From Catajapyx aquilonaris (Eukaryota): a DNA stretch of 64,000 nt. The notes under the pieces are model-generated. The model had not been told where the DNA came from, did no database searches, and saw nothing but the letters and a program-made list of their open reading frames with translations. Each line of letters opens with the position of its first letter. Position 1 is the first letter of the stretch. This document shows, piece after piece, positions 13,454 to 26,400 of this stretch. The stretch covers positions 1 through 64,000 of the forward strand of contig KZ538412.1 in NCBI GenBank assembly GCA_000934665.2. Reading direction: 5' to 3'. The position numbers were made by a program, and so were the translations under genes.

Positions 13454-15156
13454 TGTGGCTATGGTGAGTTTTGCAGAAATTTTTTTAAACTTTTCTTTTT
13501 CCGCGGCCAAATGGTACTTTTGAAATGCGGTAATACACTAGGCTATACCATTCACACATACACTACACCAGACCCAAAGCATGTATGACAAGACATGTTG
13601 CACCAATTCAAAACTCTATGTGCACTAGACCTAGACACAGAGCCCCAATTTGAGTACATTAGGTAAGTTACGTGGTCTCACGACTTGCGGCCGCCCTCAT
13701 CTGACTTGCAGACGTTAGGCTACTATGGACGAACAAAACGTGATTAACATGGGGCAGTGTCCTCTGATGGTAGTACAATTCTTCCACTTCCACAAGACGA
13801 ACGAGAGATATGCAGGAGGCAACAAAGACCTATTCTGCCAGTAACTCATGGTCGTTGATGATTGCACACAATATTTTGTAAACATGAAGTGCAGTGATGG
13901 CCAAATGTTCCTTGCATAAAATGCAATGTTCTAATTGCTGACAAGTGCTGAACAGGAAATACCTTTCAAAAGTTTCAAGAAGAAAACACACAGTAAATTA
14001 GCACTCTTGGTAGCTTTGCTGAAAGCACTGCAACACTTAAGGACGAATCATGGAAGAGATACAAAGCTCTGCAGAAATACCATGGTAACCCGAATGCCAC
14101 CAAATCCTTCTCAGTTCTGTCATCAAGCACAGGGCCATAAATTTCCATAATGGACGAATTCATGGTGGGACATAATTATCTGGCCAAGACTCAGTATCTT
14201 TTTTTCCGTGCATAAAACTTTCCCTATACATGCAGCCTTGACCAACTACAGATTGCATTACCATAGTACTTGCCAGCAATTTGCCAGGACATTCGAAAAT
14301 ATCTTGTAAAAGCATAACCATAACTACCCAAAGGTGTGCACTACACTGGGAATTAGCGTCCAAGAATCACTAGAGGTAATTATACACAACTAGGAACTTA
14401 ATATTACTTCAGACTTACAAATCATAGCCTTACTCCCTGATTTCAAATCTCAACGCAGCACCCATAAACTTTCAGGTCTACATATGCAAAACATTTACGT
14501 ATAATTTAGATACTGCTAAAGACACCTTTTGAATCAATTCTTCCAAAAATGAACACTCGCTTGCACGGGACTTAACGTTGCTATAGTTGCTTCAGGTTAT
14601 TTCAGTTGGGAGCATAAGTCATATACATCACATGGAATGAATTATATTATTGCATACACGACGTGTGACCAAGACCAGAATCACCACTGGCCAAGTGTCA
14701 CAAACATCCTGCCATGCGGCAAAGTTTGACAGTCTTAACAAGCACACTGCCTGTGACAGACTGAACAGAATTGTGAGAGATGTCACACGTTAGTAGTTAG
14801 TCTACAATATACAGTACAAATAATATCTTCTATGTACGTATGAATCCAAATTGATTGCTCTGTCGTAGCATGCCCACTTTTACTTGATAAAAACAGTGAC
14901 TTTTGCAGATGTCCAGCATCCTTGCCATGAAAATTATTAGTTTATGGTCACTTGTGTTCCTCCCATTTACTCTTGTATCCACAAGGGTTGTTTAAAATCC
15001 CCTGCAAAATGTTGCAAGTACTGTACATAACATTTTATACACCATTACTCTACCACCTACAACATTCACTGTGAACAACTGTGAATTCTATCAATTGAAG
15101 GCAATACAGCATGAAGGCCTAAGTGTGTACAAAGATAAGAGTTGCATCAGATAGTA

Positions 15157-15318
15157 CAGTGTTGGTCATATATCCAGGCAACCGCCAGCGACATTTTTCC
15201 GAAGCGGCAGAAGAAGGAATCTTGTTTGCCCGACTTGTAGTATGCTTATCTTCGATTCCTTCTTCTGCCGCTTCAGAAAAATGTCGCTGGCGGTTGCCTC
15301 GATATATGACCAACACTG
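15157..15318. mobile_element. Tc1/mariner-type hairpin MITE, TA TSD (related copy at 46466-46629)
   Basis: TA|CAGTGTTGGTCATATATC...GATATATGACCAACACTG|TA; arms of about 65 bp are nearly perfect. Confidence 0.8.
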
Positions 15319-15731
15319 TACCAGCATCGTTGCAGAATACCTATGAAGCACTGACTTCAGGATGGCAATGACTATTCTCATCAGAACGATGTACCTAATG
15401 GATCACAGATGGAAATGTTACCCATTCAGTATGCTCCACACAAAGTTGATAAACAGCTGTTAATAAACATAGTTACAGAATTCTACTGCACATGACACAT
15501 CCTGTGTTCAGGTCATGTAGAGAGAGTCCCTTTGATCTGAGTGCAACTGTTGCTAACAGCATCTTTAAATAATTCAGCTATGTTAGCAGCTACAAGGATG
15601 TCACCATGAAGCTTGCGACTATACTGAGATATTGTTTTAGGCAACTGACAGTAATAATAGCTGTGAGCATTAGAGAATTACAGGAATAAATGATTGCAGA
15701 AGTTTGTGCTTCAATCTTAGCTCATCATGTG

Positions 15732-15875
15732 TATCATCAGTTCAAAAAGAACTGTCCCGTCATCCTGATGTGTGTGCTGCCCGCTCGACACACACCATGT
15801 AACTTACATGGTGTGTGTCGAGCGGCCAGCCCACACGTCAGGATGACTGGGACAGTTCTTTTTGCACTGTTGATA
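15732..15875. mobile_element. Near-perfect palindromic MITE
   Basis: About 70-bp arms around the centre catgtaacttacatg. Confidence 0.75.
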
Positions 15876-16353
15876 CAAGGTGTTTCACGACAATGTTGAC
15901 AGGCTAAAGAGGAGAGACAGGGGAGTTCTGATGGAATCGTTACCCCAAACCTTACACTGAATAGGACTGGAGTTCAGATCAGGCCAGGAGTGATTAACCA
16001 ATCAATTCTCCCCATGTCCATCTTAGACCATCAACCTAGGAAGAGATAAACCCTGTACGTGAAGAGTCATGTACCCAATATTTCAGGCTTAAATGTTTCC
16101 TTGTCATATGAATCCCAGGCAAGAGAGTCACAATATATTGTCAATAAAATCATATCAGAACTCCAGTAGCATCGTGGTACCTTTAAAACTTCACATCTTA
16201 ATTTTCTAGTACTTTTGGATATCTCAGCATGGAGGCCACAATTTGTCACATTCAACGTTTTGATCCAAAATTCCAAATTCTTTGACCAAGGCCCAGATGC
16301 ATCACTGAAACTTTATCCAATAATTTTTCACTGATCAATATTCAGCATTATAC

Positions 16354-16479
16354 AGCAATGGTTCCCAATATTTTTTTGTCATGACCCTATCTACAAGCTT
16401 TCTCGACCTGGTGACCCCTCCCAGCCTTCCCTGAGACCCATAAAAACCTGTAGGCGGCCCTAGGGTTGGGAACCACTGC
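16354..16479. mobile_element. hAT-like MITE (CAGTGGTTCCCAA ends; relatives at 25763-25986 and near 38080)
   Basis: TIR-like CAATGGTTCCCAA / GGTTGGGAACCACTG. Confidence 0.55.
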
Positions 16480-16772
16480 TCTACTGTATATGTCATAGCA
16501 GTCTCCAAGTGAGGTTGTAATAAAAAAATACACAAGCAACACAACCTCTAAAACAAATAAATCGTAATTTAGAGTGAATGTCAGTGGTTATAATCCAATT
16601 CTGACTTGTCGTTATAATTTAATGTTAATAGTATTTCATTGTTCCTAAAAACTGGTTAGCATTTTGCTGATGCAATGCTTTAAAAGTACCACTATAACAG
16701 GAACTCCTTGGCCACGATAGTAGCCATTGGCGCTAAGGCAACTGCTAGTGACTCCCGAAAATTAGTATACTA

Positions 16773-16985
16773 TTGGAAAAACTGCCTTGTAAGGTACAAG
16801 CAGTGCCAAATACTGGTGTAGGTGGAAGCAGGTGGAAGGGTACATGAATCAACCTGGCAATCCGCTTCAGTGACAGCAAGTTCAAAAATTCTGCAGGGTG
16901 AATGGGTTGCCAGTTCATTCATGCACCCTTCCACCCATGCCAGCATTGGGTGCTGCTTTTAACATGTAAGGCAGTTTTTTTCCAG
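16773..16985. repeat. Degenerate inverted repeat (old MITE)
   Basis: TGGAAAAACTGCCTT...AAGGCAGTTTTTTCCA, with internal GGTGGAAGGGTACATGAAT / ATTCATGCACCCTTCCACC. Confidence 0.55.
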
Positions 16986-18790
16986 TTAGTGTACCAAGGT
17001 GTGGCAAAAAAGACAATAAAAAAGTAAATCTCACAGCATCTCACATTTAAGTCGACGTGTCACAATAAAACCAATTATTAAGAAAGCTTGGGGCTCACAC
17101 ACATTTCCAATGTCAACAAAATTTCCCCCAGAAATCACCACTCCTGTTAACCCGCAAGGGTGAGTTTTTCGTCCTTCTGCTAAGTCTCTGCTAGCAAGGA
17201 TTTACCCACAAACTTAGGAATGGGTTATCAAGGCTACTAGTGGTATTAGTGCTATATCTAACTTTATCAGAAAGGTAAAAAAAAAACCCACCCAAGGACT
17301 TTTAACCAGGAATCAACTTATTGGCTAGTGATGTGAGATTCCCCTTATTTGTGGACTTGAAAATTCAAGTATTGGTACAAAATAAGGAAAATAAAACAGT
17401 TGCTATGAATGACATGCATTAAGATATTTTGCAACAAAATTAGTAATGACAATAAGGTGTAGCATGCTGAAACTTCACCTTTCTACAGCAGAACAAACTA
17501 ATAAAATGTTTGAATGAAACCATTATAAAATGGTTCCTCATATGAAGTGTTACATTACATTGAGGCCGGTCATGTGTAAGTCATTTGGAAAGTTATTAGT
17601 CATCAATTACACGTCATGCTAGACAGAGCATGTAGCTTTTCCAATCTTGGATGACCTTATGTAATTTTATATACTTGCAGGTAATGCAATGATACGAGAT
17701 TTCCTGATAGCAATGCAGTATATTAATATAGCACAAATCTTTACAACTCAGTTTAATAACTAAACAACATTCTCCAACTGCACATTGCAACAAATATGCA
17801 ATCCACATTAACTACTTCGGCAGCAACAAGAGCTGGCTCACATCCAATAGTATTTTGGCATATAACTAAGGGCAGGATTGGAGAAGAATGCATCTTCAAA
17901 CAACAACACTATAAGCATCAAATATACATAATTAAATATGAAAATAAACTCTAAACTGCAGAATACAGTGGGGGAGGGTAAGGGCTTATCTACCTTATTT
18001 TGAGATGCCACAAAAATTTGAAACAATTGACAATGGTATGCAGTAATGCACCAGATATGTTTGTGCACTGACCATTACATATGACATTTCCTTGCAGTCA
18101 TTAAAATATCCTTTTTTGCATCCAGTTTAAGCTAATATATATAAACAAAAACACTACAGCTTATATGTGCCAATATTGATGAAAAATTTCATACAAGCCT
18201 ATATTTATAAAAATTCTGGCAGCTGAAATAAATTAACATGCTGAACCTTCTGTGGAATGATATCTGAACCATGCTTTCTGCCGTACTCAAGGCAAATTTG
18301 ACAATGCAAAGGTGGATTTGACGAATCAGTTCTATTGCTATCAAGAACTTTTAAAAAATTTGTGAAATTGAAAAATAATTGCTGTCAACAACTAACCACA
18401 AAGAATTTTTCCCATGTCACTTTATAATCCAGAATATGTTATCTGACTGTGGTGCAACCAACCCCAGGATAGCTTAATCAAGTGATGACAGGAGCTTGCA
18501 AATCACATTTTGTTGAGCAATAGACCACAGCCCCACTTCAAGTACCGTAGTTACAAAACCCTTTACAATCCATTGGAAGCAATGGTGTAAAGTTGGAATT
18601 CTCATTTCAAAAATTACATCATTATCCTAAGAGGACTTTAGCTCTTACAATCACAATGCAATTTTGCCAACTCCACTGCTGAAATGCTACCAGAACACAA
18701 TTTTACGAGGCATCCCATAAATCATGTACAAAATGTAGGTCTTGGGATATTCACATCCTGCAACACAACTTAAGCACACAAAATGCCATG

Positions 18791-19034
18791 GTTTGGTTTG
18801 GTTTATTTGGAAGAAGCCAAAGCAACTATGGCTATCTGGCTATAGAAGAAGCAAAGGTGGGACAGATGGAGAGAGAAACGAAGAGGAAATAGAAGAGAGG
18901 AAAGACTGGCATCTCTCTTAGTCCGTCTCCTATTCCAAAGACCTGTCCGACTTGGGTGGCCCTAGCAGTAGACGAAGCTACTGCCGGCATAGCTCTTGGG
19001 AGTCAAGGGAGAAAGCAAACCTCACCACCATGAT
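18791..19034 (-). mobile_element. Short non-autonomous retroelement with RTE-like 5' UTR sequence and (CAAAC)n tail
   Basis: 10-bp TSD AAATGCCATG (18781-18790 and 19035-19044). The minus strand reads ...GTGGTGAGGTTTGC...GAGCTATGCCGGCAGTAG...CTACTGCTAGGG...CCCAAG...GACAGGTC...GACTAAGAG, resembling RTE-clade 5' UTRs as I recall them (not database-verified). Confidence 0.6.
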
Positions 19035-19769
19035 AAATGCCATGTCTGGCATATAGACACAATTTGGGCGCCCTAATAAATCTCTAGGTGCTCAGAGTCA
19101 AAGCAGCCCCCCCGCCCCCCTGGCTTAGTGGTGCAATTAATCTTGATGGCCCTGGCCTGCATGCTCTAAAATAAATATTTTAGAAAAATAAAATATAAAT
19201 TTTAGAAGAATTCCTAGATGGCACCTCAGCAGTGGTAATGTCGCCGTTAAAAATGCATTGGAATGGCAAGGCCTAATTTTGAGAGAAATCAGTACCGGTA
19301 CGGCAAGTTATTTTTAAATCACTTTTTTAAGCAGAAAATAGACCTGGGGTGCAATTTTTACAGGACTTCCATAATTAGAACTTCCTGCCCTCATAGTATC
19401 AGGAGGCACAAGTCATAACTAATTAATTATCACTGGCACCACATGTAACAATTTGACATGTGGCCCCAAAATTGAATCCAATTCACCTTTTCCCTAATGA
19501 ACTTTCACAATCCACAATCACCTATTCTAGAAAACAATATTTCACACTGATGTAGCATATCATAATCATGTCATGTGTTTGTGTAATAAAATCTCATACA
19601 CAACATATTAGTTCCCAGCTCTTCCTCCATCACATGGACCTGCCATGTGCCTACCAGATCAATGTTACACTGTCATGTTACTCATTGTTGCAACCCATTC
19701 CAAAATTTAATGCAGAGGACTGATTCAGATTTGCATTTGGTTTTGGCAGTGTTCTTCATACAGGAAAGT

Positions 19770-20146
19770 CTATCGTTTATCCACACCTAGCGACGCGGCG
19801 GGGTTGGAAAGGCCTGGTGGGGTCCAAACATGTTGGCTATGGGTCGCAAACAATCGGTTTCCGGGAGAGCACAACAAAGGGCATCTTGTAACCCCTGCCA
19901 CAGCGAACCGATCTGACGAGTGCTAGGACCACAGTATTAATGAAGGAGGTGGGCAATATGAGCCATTCTGGCTGCAGTCCGTTAACCCAAAGAACGACAC
20001 TTCATCAAGCAACTGTGAAGGCATTCGAATTTGGCTGGCAGCAGTATCAAGGCACCCGATTGTTTGCGACGCAACGTTGCCAACCGTCGGGAGGCCCCCC
20101 GCCTGCCCAACTCCGACCGCGTTGTTAAGGTGCGGATAAACAATAG
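19770..20146. mobile_element. Palindromic MITE
   Basis: CTATCGTTTATCCACACCT...AAGGTGCGGATAAACAATAG termini; inner GTCGCAAACAATCGG / CCGATTGTTTGCGAC. Confidence 0.65.
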
Positions 20147-20169
20147 TTTATCCCTTCATCCATGTTTGT

Positions 20170-22196
20170 TTTTTCTGAGTCATGAGCTGTCTAGGTCACA
20201 CCCTCTGCAGAATTTTCTGCCAATATATTTGAGCAGATTTTGACAGTCAAAAGAAAGCCTAGTAATCTTAACTCCAGACACAAGGCAGCAGGAATATCAG
20301 GCTGATATTTGTAATGAGCAACCTCTTTAATGGCAGCTGCTACTCATACTGTAATGTCCATGTTGTCACGATATATTTTAATGGTACCTGGCAATCCAGG
20401 TCACCTCATATGCAATTGTTGCAACATTGGTAGCCTACATGCCCATCATGAGTTGTAAGGTAGCACAGAAACCCCCTGCATAAATAGGAACGAAAAAAAA
20501 CAGCAAGTGCTAACAAGGACAAAAAGATTGAGCCACCCAAGATTAATTTTTCCATCAATACTGCGTGACATTGCCTTTTCTTGCAATCATGGCTGCCATG
20601 CGATCAGGCATGCTGACGATCAGGCATGCTGACAATCAGTTCAGCATGTTGCTGGGGTAGTGGAATCCCAAATGGCATGCAGCTTTGCCTTCAGACCCTC
20701 CACTGCCTGAAGGTCATCATGAAGGGTAATCTTCTTTATCTGGTTCCAGAGGTCTCGATCAGGTTCAAATCCAGGCTCTTAGGGAGGCGAAGTGGCGCTG
20801 CGGTAACGTACGCGCCCACGGATGTATAGGTCCCAGGTTCGATACCAAGCCCGGACATCCCCCCCTTCATCTAATGCAGAGTTGGGTCGTCTCCGGCTTC
20901 CTCTCGGGTGGGATTCCTTGAGACTAACCACCCGGGGGAGTTCACAAAATGTACCACGTTTAAGACATTGCACATCCCATTCTACTCATCCCCCCTTCGC
21001 TTGCGGTACCTGGGCGTTACGGAAAAGGACCACTTGTAAAGCTTGTACATCTGAAGCATAATAAAGATACCTTGCCAGATGACCAAGAAGGGCGGTGCAC
21101 TAAACCCAATTAAATCCAGGCTCTTGCATAGCCATGACAGCAAACCTACTTCATGCTCTTGCAACCAGCGCTTCGATGTGTGGGGAGTGTGACAGGTTGC
21201 AGTCTTTCTGGAATATAAAATCTCCTAGTGGATGTAGGGCCACTATTGAAGGCTTTCCTGCATAAGCCGCTGGTACCTGGATGCATTCAAGGTGCCAGTG
21301 ACAAAATGCAACCTGCCACATCCAGAGGAGCGCCTACATCCCAAACTATAACCAATGTGCAATACTGAACCATACAGATGAGTCAGGATGGAAAGCCTCT
21401 TCTTTCATACGCAAAATACAACCGTATTCATCACTTGCAGCAAGTTCAAAGCATGTTTCGTCACTAAAAAAGGACAGTTACCCATATCTCCTTGCTCCAA
21501 TGCTCTCTCTTTGGCCTATACAAGTTTCCTCTTCTTCTGGACCACCATCAGGAATGGCTTTCTCTTTGCCTCCAATCGAAACTGCATTCAAGACCCAAAT
21601 GTTTATCCCTCTGCAACCCACCTTGTAACAATCCATTCTTAACTCGTGAAGCTGTCACCAGAAAGTTTTCTCAGAGGGGCTGTTCTTTCATGCCAAGGAC
21701 CAGGCCCTGTTGATCTCAGCCACTGTCTGGTGATGATTCTTTGTGAACATTGGAGATGCCCGTCATCCCATGATGATTGCTCAAGTCCCCATGTATGTCT
21801 TGACTGTAGTACAGAAGATAATACTTGTATGGGCCAAAGACATGAAGCACTGGTGCAAGGAGATATGGGCAAATGTCATTTTTAGTGATTGGCAGGGATG
21901 TGGGAGATTGCATTTTATTGATTTAAAAATGAATCTTGGATGGGCCAATATTTCTGTACCTGTTGGCGCATTATTTTCATTCCTATCTGTGCTGGGGGTT
22001 CATGTACTATCTCACAACTCATGACCGACACACATGAATGTTGCGATAATCACGTATGAGGTAGCCTGGAATGCCAGGTACCACTCAAATATAGCACGGC
22101 AATGTGGACAATATACAGGATGCGTAGCAGCCTCTTTTAAGAGGTCGCTCATTACAGATATCAGGGGTGTGGCCCAATCTTATGACTCTGGGCTTG
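20170..22196 (-). pseudogene. Decayed Tc1-family transposon with an internal inverted segment and a SINE insertion
   Basis: The minus strand gives LFSDE (~21460), GRLHFVTGTLNASRY (~21300), FIFQKD..ATCHT and WLCKSLD|LNLIE (split by the SINE), like Tc1 WPAQSPDLNPIE. The plus strand at 21830-21925 gives WAKDMKHW...WANVIFSD and GCGRLHF. Degenerate TIRs lie near 20175 and 22190. Confidence 0.65.
20781..21111 (+). mobile_element. tRNA-derived SINE
   Basis: A-box-like TGGCGCTGCGGT, B-box GGTTCGATACC, 14-bp TSD AAATCCAGGCTCTT (20767-20780 and 21112-21125). Confidence 0.8.
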
Positions 22197-23464
22197 TATT
22201 TGACTATTAAAAATTATTCAGAAATCTCAGCAATGATGGTATTGGCCAAAAATCACTAGTTCAGGAAATGTGTGCCCAAAGTCTGTATCTCGACAAATGG
22301 AAATGACAGATGTGGTGCCACCAGTTTTCTTCATTGCCACACCAGGCTGCAAGAGGTGCAAAAGTTACTTGCAAATACAGTAATACATGCAAGCTCATAA
22401 TTTCTAATCACTGCTCAACAGCTAAACAAACATTTAAATATGCTCTGCTCCTTCATTTTTGGACCACCGTGTGTAATTATTTCAACTGTTCACATCTCTA
22501 TAATGGCAATCAAGGAGAAAAACCACCTCACATCATGACTTTAGACCCATTATAACCATGATCCACTGCTTCTCATTCCCCTGTCTGAAGCACTGACTAT
22601 CAACGTCACTTGTTATCAGTTGGTACTAACGTTTCACTCATAACCTTATGTCTTAAGACACTTTAGAAAGCTGCCACAGATAAAGCTACCAAAGAAAAGT
22701 TTGATGTATAGTGAGAGTTCAGTAGTAGTGTGTGTGTCACATTTAACACCCCTGACCATGGAAGAATACTCACTGATATGCACTGTCAAAAACCTTCCAA
22801 CAATCTACATCAGCCATCCATATTAAAAGCAAAAATTGAAACGATCACAATGTTCACAATAATTCCCAACCTAAAACACTCAACTTGTCTCACACAACCA
22901 ATTCCCAGGGTAGTTGTTCATGGTGAACCATAATTCAAACCTTTTCGCTACATATCACCACCAGTTTCAGTCCCATTACTAGAAATGAGGATGGAATCAT
23001 TTGAATAAAATTACAATATTTCTGCATAAGAAATCCTCAAGCATGCTGTATCCCTGAAGCAAGCTGATGTTCCCCACGTATGCAAATCCCACATTTGGAT
23101 GGGTATGTCAGTAATCGAGGAGTGTCTATCCATGCACTTCTATACAACAATAACCATAACAACAATAAGCACCCAAAGATAACACATTCATCTGGAGGCG
23201 GAAACTGGGACAAGACATTACCAGTGATTCTTGTACCGGAATGTAAGACAACAAATGCATTGTGGCGCATCCGTTTTGGGCTGGAGTAATACGAGTCATG
23301 CCACGGCTGCCTGCATTAGAACAGTTTAAATCGAGCTGTGCTTCGACTACAAGATTCATCTGCAGCTCTGACGAGGACACATCTCACTGCTTCAGAATCA
23401 ACACTACTGTGGCTACATCCTGGTTTCTGCCTAATATCACAACTTGAGAATTTGTTAAGGTGTT

Positions 23465-26400
23465 CTAAGGCTCCGTAAGGGTAACAGTTCTTAAAGCATC
23501 TGCATCATATATTTCCAGAATGGCAGTGGTGCCATCATTGAACTTGAAGGAAAGTCCTCCATCTATAACTAAGCATGCATCAAAGCAGCGTGACTTCACT
23601 TCAATCTTGCGTGCCAAACCTCGTGGGCGTAGTTCCCGAGGATAAGGCAGCGTTGTGGTGGATATGGGATCACGTATAGTGTACACCATTAAATTCTCCT
23701 CTGTAAAAGAGATTGTCCGTGAATTCAGGTCACATCCTACCGCATATCGGTCACTACCTGGGCCAAAGATGAGGTGGTTGTTGAAACGACTGGTGATTCG
23801 ATCAACCAAAACTCGATCATCTGCATTCAGCGGATATCCTGTTTCCTCCTTCACAATCCTCAATAGTTCTTCCACTGACTGATTTGTTAACTTGTTGATG
23901 TTAAAGGTCCAGGAAGTTGATCCAGTACCTGAGCTGACACAAAGACCTGAACTCTTCGTTTTGGTCTTTTCGCTGTTGTCAATGGAGAGTTCGTAGTAAG
24001 AAACTCTTGCTGATAGGCACTCACCAATGTACACCTGGAAAGAAATACTGCACTGATGAACTTGGAAGCATACTCAGAACAACACGATGTCATAAAAATG
24101 CCAAGTTCCTGGGTACACTTTGATTATCTCGTTGGTTTCAAGTGGTTATTTGAATACTTTTTATCTCAAACTCCCTCTCCCACGTTATTTCTGTAAAACA
24201 TGCACAAATGCACTTGTTAAAACTTCTAAATTAATCTCATTCACACAAGCACAACAAAGGGGCTGGAAGTACAAAATTCCAACTTAATTAACCTTACTTC
24301 TAGCCATTCATGACATGTGAGGCAGAAGGAATTCAATGGCAGTCTCCTTCACTAATAAATATAATGGCAAGTTATGACAGTTATATATCCATGTGCATAC
24401 TTTCACCATATAAATTATGCAGTGTCATGCTTTGCACAATAGAGAATTAAATTTGCAAGACGCCTCTACACCTTCCCAAGGCCCTTCATAAACTGAGAAT
24501 ACGATTTCATGACTATTTGTACTTCCAATTTCATCAATAGCATGGAAATGCAATTTTAAAACCCACAACTCCCAAATCAATTTGATATCCTATTCTAATA
24601 ATTTCAGGAGCATAACTGTACATAGAACCAAATATCCTCTGAATAACCTGAATATGCAGCTAAACCAAACTGTCTTGTTCTCGGAACAAAGCGAAATGTA
24701 GTGCTAGTTCAGTCACCACTGATTTTTCATGTTGTACAACATCCATTAAAACTATGCACTCTCACTTGACCCCCACCAACTACTGTTTCATGTCGCTAAA
24801 ATGTGCAATGCAAGAGCCATCCCTAATAATCGCCACACTGAACCTGCACAGCAATACAAGCCTTGGGGTCATATTCAGGAATGCAAAATAGCAGGGTCTA
24901 TCTTTTATCCCCACAAAGATGCCGAGTTTAGAAACATGTATACAGCAGAACCTGCATTGAGTGAATAACTGTTCTGCAAAAAATTCCTGTAAAAGACATG
25001 TCTCAGCTGTATCAGGCCACTTTTTTATATATATATTTTTTATTGCACCGTGCTAGGGCCAGGGACCCTCTTAGGGGGGTGGAACACCACCATATTTTCC
25101 ATTCAATTTTCCTATTTTCTTCAAACTCCATGCAGGGAAGAAAGGACATGAAGTAGGGATGGGAATTTTTCGGGGAGGAGACATGGGTGCAAGTGCAATG
25201 TCAGAAAATGGGTCATATGCAGTCTGCCTGGAGGTTAGGTTGCCAGACGCCTCCAAGGCGCGGGTCAGAGACCCTCCTGACGCAGGCGAAAGGGAACTCC
25301 CGGGCAGGGTTCGAACCCGGGACCTTTCAAGCAAGCCGAGTCGTTACCAACTCGGCCACCACGCCTTCCCTGTATCAGGCAACATTACAACTGGAATGAA
25401 AGTCAAGGCCCATTACGTCTAAAATTCGTGTCCCCAAAGCCATACGTTTTTCAAATGCTGTGGGACTTTCCACCAACATTTCCCAAAGAGGAAAATAAAT
25501 TTCACACACGAGCAATTCACACCCATGTTTGGCTCAGTTTGGCAAATTGGTGAAACAGCCTTAAATGCAATATAAATTTCACTATACACCGGATTTTCTT
25601 ACTGAGGAACCAGAACATGCTCTCCGTTTCAGCATTAGACAAGATCTATTATATTTGACACAAATGCAGAGGAAATCCTAATTTGCTCCTGGGATCAAAA
25701 AACAATTTTTCACAGGAGGCAAGTTTCTGCTATATCAAGGTTTCAGTGTAATAGGCTTAAACCAGTGGTTTCCAACCAGGGGGTCGCTGGGGGCCCCCAA
25801 ACCTTGGTTAAACTTTTTTTTTTTGTTGCAATTTCTGTCACTTTAACCATTTTTGCGGCCATACAGAGTGTATGTTTCCTGGAAAGGGGGCAGTTGTAGG
25901 AGGGGCCGGGGAGGGGAAAGGGGGGGTCACACATATATGGAAACATGTTTAGGGGGTCGTAGTTGGTAAAAGGTTGGAAACCACTCCGCACTAGCTTAAA
26001 CCCTACTATTTTGGGGATAGCCCGGGATAAGAAATGCTAGACCAGGGAGGGGGATAGTTTCAAGTGGAGTAGAATTGTGATGTCACTCAGTATTTCCAAC
26101 AATGCCTCTGAAGCCAACTGCTGTTGGGAATACTTATAGCCCATGCCATATCCTCATGTTAAGAAAATATTGCTCAATTTTGTCACAAAATGTCCTATGC
26201 TGATTTGAAGACCATTTTTTCTAACTGAAATGGGATGGAATTTTCATCGTATTACAGTTACTTTTAACTTAGCAGTACCAGTGTAATGCAATGGTACTGC
26301 TAAGTTAAAAGTAACTAGTAGTATGACAAAAATTCCACCCATTGATTGCACTGCCTTCTGACACGTAACCATGGATATTTAAAGCAGGATATTCCTATTG

